The notes below the pieces were generated by a model. The model made no database searches. It had not been told where the DNA came from and saw only the letters and a program-made list of their open reading frames with translations. Below, in pieces: positions 58,797-64,000 of a stretch of 64,000 bases of DNA. Location of the stretch: NCBI GenBank assembly GCA_963677485.1, contig OY781964.1, positions 2,752,001 through 2,816,000 of the forward strand. The letters run 5' to 3'. The stretch's first letter is position 1, and every line of letters starts with the position of its first letter. The translations under genes and the position numbers were made by a program. Source of the stretch: Armatimonadota bacterium (GTDB lineage Bacteria > Armatimonadota > HRBIN16).

Positions 58797-61700
58797 CTAC
58801 TTGATGATGTATATCCCCGTATCATACTGCCCGATCTTCACCGTGAAGCGGGTGAGGTCCTCACCTATCACCGCCCCTGTGAAGGCATCGGTCACCTTCG
58901 CCGGCTTCGGCAACACCACTGTCCGCTCCGCCGTGCTGCTGCCGTGCAGGCCGATGGTGTTGGGTCCGATGTAGATCGGCTGGTCGTCCTCGCTATACAC
59001 CGGTATGCCGGCCAGTTTAGCGATCCCACGGATCATCGCAGGGTTCAGGTGCGGTGCCGCCGAATAAACCGAGTTCCAAGAGGGATACCTCTTTACAACG
59101 GCACCCGGCTGTCCTGCCAGTTCTACGGGCGAACTCAAGTTACCAATCACCTCTGCCTGCGCATCGGTGGGGAGTATGATTGGGCCGAAAGCACCCTCAC
59201 TACCGTAGGGATTACCTGAACCCGCCTCCGGTGTGACGGTCACGATACCGGATACTTTGCTGAGCGTCAGCTTGATGCCGGTCAACGAACTACTGTTCTT
59301 GACGTCCAATGTGTCGGTGGCGATGCCGGGAGCCCACACCCAGGCCAGCACACGCCCGTCAGATTTCAGGTTGGCCTCAATCCAGGCGCGTGTGCTCTGA
59401 GGAAGGTGCATCGAATCGAGGAACAGGTAGGCCTTGTACTTGGGCATTTTGGGGTTACCAAGGTCGCTGTCCAGGTAGACATCAAACTGAACTCCTGAGC
59501 GGTGCAGTGCCTCGCGTTGTAGGTAGACTGCAGAACGCAGCGGCTCAGTGAGCAGGCTGGTATAGGGGGCGGCACTGTCGCTGACGATCACCGCTAAGCG
59601 GTTGCCGTCCAAAGCGTTGGGGGTGTTCTGGGCATCGAAGGTCAGTGAGGCCATTTTCTGGATGTCCGGCATCAGTATTTTGCTGCCTTCATACCACGGC
59701 AGGCTGAAGCAGTACCAGTACACTGGTGATCCCGCTGCGGTATACATAGCCCATTCCCGCCGAAGCACACCAATCGTCTGCTGCTCGGTTTCGTTTCGTC
59801 CAAACCCGGCTCCGGCGGCTGACAAATGAGTGCGGATGTCGGCTTGATCGATCCATATTTTATTGTGCAGGCGCATCGATGCGATGGCACTCATATAGCC
59901 GCCGGTACCGCCAGCTTGCCGGTTTTGGTACGAGGTGGGTGACATTAGGTAATCCACATTTTTGCTGTTGAGGATGTTCGCCAAGCCGAAGTGACCCGTG
60001 TGCTGCGTACAGTAACCACTGTAGAACTGCTCTTGAACATAGCCATAGAACGCCCCTGCAAGCTTCTTGTGGTGTGTCTCCCGCTTCACGATGCTGCAGA
60101 AGTAGTCCACCGTGCCGGATGTCAGGTCGCTCATGAACTCGGTGTAATCAATCACCGGCTGCTCGCTCTTGGGGTCGCGGAGGCTGCCGTTCTCGGATTT
60201 GGCCCGCATCTCGGGAGTGGGGATCGCAACACTGGCGAGGGTGACAGTCTGGTCATTCCATGCCGATTTTAGCCGTGCATCGGTCTGGTATCGCCCCTTC
60301 AACCAGGCGCTGAATCGACGGCGGGTCGGTTTGCTGTAGTCCAGGAACAGGCTATCCTGACCGCCATGATACATCCACTCATAACTTCCGCCAGCGCAAG
60401 GCTGATATCCGACGATGCGGTCGGCATACGGCGAGTTTTCAAGGTGCCGTATGAACTTCGCCATCGCCTCTCCTGCCTCTTTACGCCACAACTCAGAGGA
60501 GAAGCTGACGGTCTGGTGACCGTAACGCTCAAACACCTTGCCGTTGATATCCTGGCAGAGCTCCTCAGGATGCTGCTTCTGCCACCAGTCACCCTCAGGT
60601 GAGGTCATCGGTGCCGCCAGATCGACGTAGAACCACGGGATGACGCGGGCCTGGGGGTCATCCTCAAAAAGCTCCGCCAGCATGGTGTTCGTCAGGGTGT
60701 AGTCATACTCGTTGTTACCTACCCAGCCCATCTGGCGGGTCTCAAGGTAGTACAGGTGGATGTTCGCGTTGCCAAACAGCCGCACCTGTGCACGGTTGTC
60801 GGATTCATACATATATCCCATCATGGGCAGCGGCTTATCACCCTCGAAAATCTGCGGGGTGCCGTTGTGTGTCCGCACGGTGTAGCTTTGCTGGATGGTC
60901 TGACGGGCTGTCACTTCGACACTTCCCATGATGTTTTTCGCACGACCTTTCAGTTGATACATGGGCATATACAGCACCACATCATGCTTGCCAGGCCAAA
61001 TACGCTCCGGCAGCTTCATCTTTACTGGCCCGATTGAGTTGATTTTCCCTTGAACCCATTTGGATGGATTGAGCTTCACCCTGGACACAACCGTGCCCTG
61101 CCTGACCAGCCGAAGTTCGCACGGCTGTGTGACCGCACTGTATGGTTTGATCTTCAAACTCACGCTGATCGACTGCCCGGGTTTGGCGGTCTTGGGCACC
61201 GATGCCGCTAATAACTCGACCGGCTTCAGATCTGGGGATACTACGCTGATGGTGTCGATCTTCACCGTCACCCGCTCGCCTACTGTGTAGTCGCTCAGCA
61301 CAGCGACGATCTGTGTGGTGGGGAAGTCGAGCACACCGTCGTCGTCTTTACTCCAGGGGGCCAGCACACATTTCTCCATCGGGAAGCTGACATAGTGCCA
61401 CTCGCCATCGGTCGCCAAGGGAATGGCGGGGATATTGTAGATGCTGCCGTCTGCCTCTACCAGGTTCAGCGACAAGGAGACCTTATTCCGGCCCACATTT
61501 TGAACCCAGACACCCAGTGATGCGACCGGTGCGTGGACGGCGGCGTCTGTCCATACGTCGGCGCCTCCCAATTTCGGCACGAAGTCCATCTTCATACAAC
61601 TGCCTGTATGCCCGCTGGGGTCCACACTCATTTTCCAGTCGGCATACTCCTCGGCCATACGGGGAGCATCGCGACTGGTTCCCCAGGCACGCAGCGTGTC

Positions 61701-61829
61701 GAAACTGTCGATGATGGTGGTTTCGGGGGCGGCACCCAAGGGTACCGCGGCGGATAACAGTGTCATTCCCAGAAGTGCTGATAGTATGCGGCAGCCGGTC
61801 TTTACGTGTGCGATCATTTTATGATCCAT
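58797..61829 (-). CDS. Secreted GH42/beta-galactosidase-like protein with an N-terminal carbohydrate-binding-like domain
   Basis: 'YADRIVGYQPCAGGSYEW', 'LKSAWN', 'DYLMSPTSY', 'QADIRTH' and a trimerisation-like C-terminal part. Confidence 0.75.
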   Translation of the reverse strand: MDHKMIAHVKTGCRILSALLGMTLLSAAVPLGAAPETTIIDSFDTLRAWGTSRDAPRMAEEYADWKMSVDPSGHTGSCMKMDFVPKLGGADVWTDAAVHAPVASLGVWVQNVGRNKVSLSLNLVEADGSIYNIPAIPLATDGEWHYVSFPMEKCVLAPWSKDDDGVLDFPTTQIVAVLSDYTVGERVTVKIDTISVVSPDLKPVELLAASVPKTAKPGQSISVSLKIKPYSAVTQPCELRLVRQGTVVSRVKLNPSKWVQGKINSIGPVKMKLPERIWPGKHDVVLYMPMYQLKGRAKNIMGSVEVTARQTIQQSYTVRTHNGTPQIFEGDKPLPMMGYMYESDNRAQVRLFGNANIHLYYLETRQMGWVGNNEYDYTLTNTMLAELFEDDPQARVIPWFYVDLAAPMTSPEGDWWQKQHPEELCQDINGKVFERYGHQTVSFSSELWRKEAGEAMAKFIRHLENSPYADRIVGYQPCAGGSYEWMYHGGQDSLFLDYSKPTRRRFSAWLKGRYQTDARLKSAWNDQTVTLASVAIPTPEMRAKSENGSLRDPKSEQPVIDYTEFMSDLTSGTVDYFCSIVKRETHHKKLAGAFYGYVQEQFYSGYCTQHTGHFGLANILNSKNVDYLMSPTSYQNRQAGGTGGYMSAIASMRLHNKIWIDQADIRTHLSAAGAGFGRNETEQQTIGVLRREWAMYTAAGSPVYWYCFSLPWYEGSKILMPDIQKMASLTFDAQNTPNALDGNRLAVIVSDSAAPYTSLLTEPLRSAVYLQREALHRSGVQFDVYLDSDLGNPKMPKYKAYLFLDSMHLPQSTRAWIEANLKSDGRVLAWVWAPGIATDTLDVKNSSSLTGIKLTLSKVSGIVTVTPEAGSGNPYGSEGAFGPIILPTDAQAEVIGNLSSPVELAGQPGAVVKRYPSWNSVYSAAPHLNPAMIRGIAKLAGIPVYSEDDQPIYIGPNTIGLHGSSTAERTVVLPKPAKVTDAFTGAVIGEDLTRFTVKIGQYDTGIYIIK

Positions 61830-61856
61830 CCGCGGATATGGTTCTGTGTTCGGATT

Positions 61857-64000
61857 TCATTGGTTGTGCCATTTCAGCCAGAAAAGTGCCGTGTCGTATT
61901 GCGGCAATTGAACCTTATAGCTGGTGATGCCGGTGCCGATGACGGCTCCGGTGTAAGCATCGGTCACGTCCGCCGGCCTTGGCAGCACCACCTCACGCAG
62001 TGCTGTGGCACCACCATGAAGCCCGATGTTGTTGCTGCCGATATAGATTGGCTGGTCGTCCGTTGAATAGATAGGCACACCAGCGAGTTTCGCGATACCG
62101 CGGATCATTGTGGGGATCAAATGCGGCGCGGCACTGTAAAGCGATGTCCAGGTGGGATACCTCTTGATGACCGCTCCTGGCTTACCAGCCAGACTGACCG
62201 GTGAGATCAGGTTGCCGATGACCTCTGCGGATGGCTCATCAGGCAACAGCACAGGCGAGAAGGCACCGATACTGCCGTAGGGCTCACCCCAGCCCGCCTC
62301 AGGCTGCATCGTGACCACTCCGGGCTGCGGACTGATGGTCAGGTTGATGCCCGTCAGCTCACTGCTGTTCTGCACGGCCAGGCGATCAGTCGCGATCCCC
62401 TGCGCCCAGACCCACGCCAGCACACGACCACCGCTTTTGAGGTTGGTCTGTATCCACTTCCGGCGTTCGGGCGACAGGTGGAGAGAATCCAAGAAGAGGT
62501 AGGCTTTATACTTCGGCATCTTGGGATTATCAAGGTCGCTGTCCAGGTAGACATCAAACGGCACTCCCGAACGGTGCAGCGCCTCCCGCTGGTAGTAGAC
62601 CGCTGAGATCAGCGGCTCCGTCACCAGCGTGGTGTAGGGGGCCGCGCTGTCGCTGACGATGACCGCCAGCCGGTTGGGATCTGTCGGCGAAGGCAGTTTT
62701 TGACCCTTTTCGGCGATCTGGGATATCTGGGCCATGCTCTGCATGATCTTCGCGCTGCCCATGGTCCATGGCTGGCTGAAAGAATACCAGGTCACAGGCA
62801 CATCGACGGAAAGGTCCATCGCGGCTTCGCGGCGAAGCACACCCACCGATTGCTGCTCGGTATCCACGCGCCCGAACCCCTGGTTGGTCGGCGAAAGATG
62901 GGTGCGGATATCGCCCTGGTTGATCCAGAGCTTATTATGAAGCCGTATCGAGGCCAGCGCACTCATGTAACCGCCGGACTCACCCGCACGACGGTGGTCA
63001 TACGATGTGGGGGCCATCAGATAGTCCACATTGGGGCTGCGCAGCACGCCGCCCAGGTCGAAGTGTCCCGTATGCTGAGTGCAGAAGTTGCCGTAGAACT
63101 GCTCCATCACATAACCGTAGAACACGCCGGCCAGCTTCTTTCGATTCGTTTCGCGTTTGACGATACCGCAGAAATAGTCGATGGTATCTGAAGTAAGCTG
63201 CGAGAGGAATTCGGTGTAGTCGATGACCGCCTGCTCTTTGGCCGGATCACGCAGACTGCCGCTCTCCATGCTCTTGCGCGCCTCAGGCGTTGGGATGACG
63301 GCACTACTCAGGCTCACGTCCGAACTATTCCATGCCTTTTGCAACGCGGCATCCGTGCGGTAACGCCTACGCAGCCACTGTCGGAACCGGCGCACGGTGG
63401 GCTGACTGTAGTCCAGAAATGCGAAGTCCTGCCCGCCGTGGTACATCCACTCATAGCTGCCGCCTGCCGATGGCTGGTAGCCCACCACCCGGTCGGCATA
63501 TGGTGATGCCTCAACATGCTGGATGAACCTCGACATCGCCGCACCGGCATCTTGACGCCAGATTTCAGACGCAAGGCTGACCGTCTGGTGCTGATACCGC
63601 TCAAACACCTTGCCGTTATTGTCCTGGCAGAGCTCCTCGGGGTGCTCATCCTGCCACCAGTCGCCGTCGGAATCCACCAGCCAGGGGGCGAGGTCGACGT
63701 AGTAGATCATGATCACGCGGGCTTCGGGGTCGACTTGAAACAGCTTGACCAGCATGTCATCGATCTTGCGGTAGTCGTATTTGTTGTTGCCGATCCAGCC
63801 CATCTGGCGGGCATCCAGCCAATAGAGGTGCACACCGGCCTGGCTGAGAGCACGCATCTGCGGGGCACTGTGGAACTCATACATATAACCCGTCATCGGC
63901 ATCAGCTTGCTGCCTTCAAAAACCTGCGGACGGCCAAGATGGTTGCGCAAGGTGTAGCTTTGCCTCTTTATGGCGGGGGCTGCGATGTGGATATGCCCCA
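61857..64000 (-). CDS. Tandem paralog of the GH42-like protein, 5'-truncated by the window edge
   Basis: Collinear high similarity with 58797..61829 (for example GYQPSAGGSYEWMYHGGQD and REALHRSGVPFDVYLDSDL). Confidence 0.8.
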   Translation of the reverse strand, partial: GHIHIAAPAIKRQSYTLRNHLGRPQVFEGSKLMPMTGYMYEFHSAPQMRALSQAGVHLYWLDARQMGWIGNNKYDYRKIDDMLVKLFQVDPEARVIMIYYVDLAPWLVDSDGDWWQDEHPEELCQDNNGKVFERYQHQTVSLASEIWRQDAGAAMSRFIQHVEASPYADRVVGYQPSAGGSYEWMYHGGQDFAFLDYSQPTVRRFRQWLRRRYRTDAALQKAWNSSDVSLSSAVIPTPEARKSMESGSLRDPAKEQAVIDYTEFLSQLTSDTIDYFCGIVKRETNRKKLAGVFYGYVMEQFYGNFCTQHTGHFDLGGVLRSPNVDYLMAPTSYDHRRAGESGGYMSALASIRLHNKLWINQGDIRTHLSPTNQGFGRVDTEQQSVGVLRREAAMDLSVDVPVTWYSFSQPWTMGSAKIMQSMAQISQIAEKGQKLPSPTDPNRLAVIVSDSAAPYTTLVTEPLISAVYYQREALHRSGVPFDVYLDSDLDNPKMPKYKAYLFLDSLHLSPERRKWIQTNLKSGGRVLAWVWAQGIATDRLAVQNSSELTGINLTISPQPGVVTMQPEAGWGEPYGSIGAFSPVLLPDEPSAEVIGNLISPVSLAGKPGAVIKRYPTWTSLYSAAPHLIPTMIRGIAKLAGVPIYSTDDQPIYIGSNNIGLHGGATALREVVLPRPADVTDAYTGAVIGTGITSYKVQLPQYDTALFWLKWHNQ

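Overview
A 64 kb bacterial chromosomal window of moderately high GC. It is rich in carbohydrate-active enzymes and fermentation genes; an Armatimonadota-like or similar host is an impression only, not a tested assignment. Core content: a Re-citrate synthase-like enzyme, GH20, GH2 and GH42-like hydrolases, a DprE1/DprE2-like pair, an M16 peptidase pair, two Zn-dehydrogenases, adhE-rex, a VIT-VWA protein and Nif3. Accessory content: (i) a SIR2-HerA anti-phage operon with an extra KTSC gene, in which both main genes are interrupted by IS elements (an IS21 with a 5-bp TSD in sir2, and an IS3-like element with an unusual 11-bp TSD in herA); both genes rebuild in frame when the IS elements are removed; (ii) a DUF1778-GNAT toxin-antitoxin pair; (iii) a DUF6978-like plus DUF1828/DUF1829 two-gene cassette; (iv) an ECF sigma / putative anti-sigma / STN-domain locus carrying three copies of a domain I do not recognise; (v) two tandem paralogous membrane-protein genes with duplicated promoters. 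About ten intergenic regions carry modular arrays of short 'triplet' repeats. GTAG-REP/REPIN hairpins and a 228-bp MITE-like element are also present. I saw no rRNA, tRNA or CRISPR array. All assignments come from reading motifs by eye; no database search was run.
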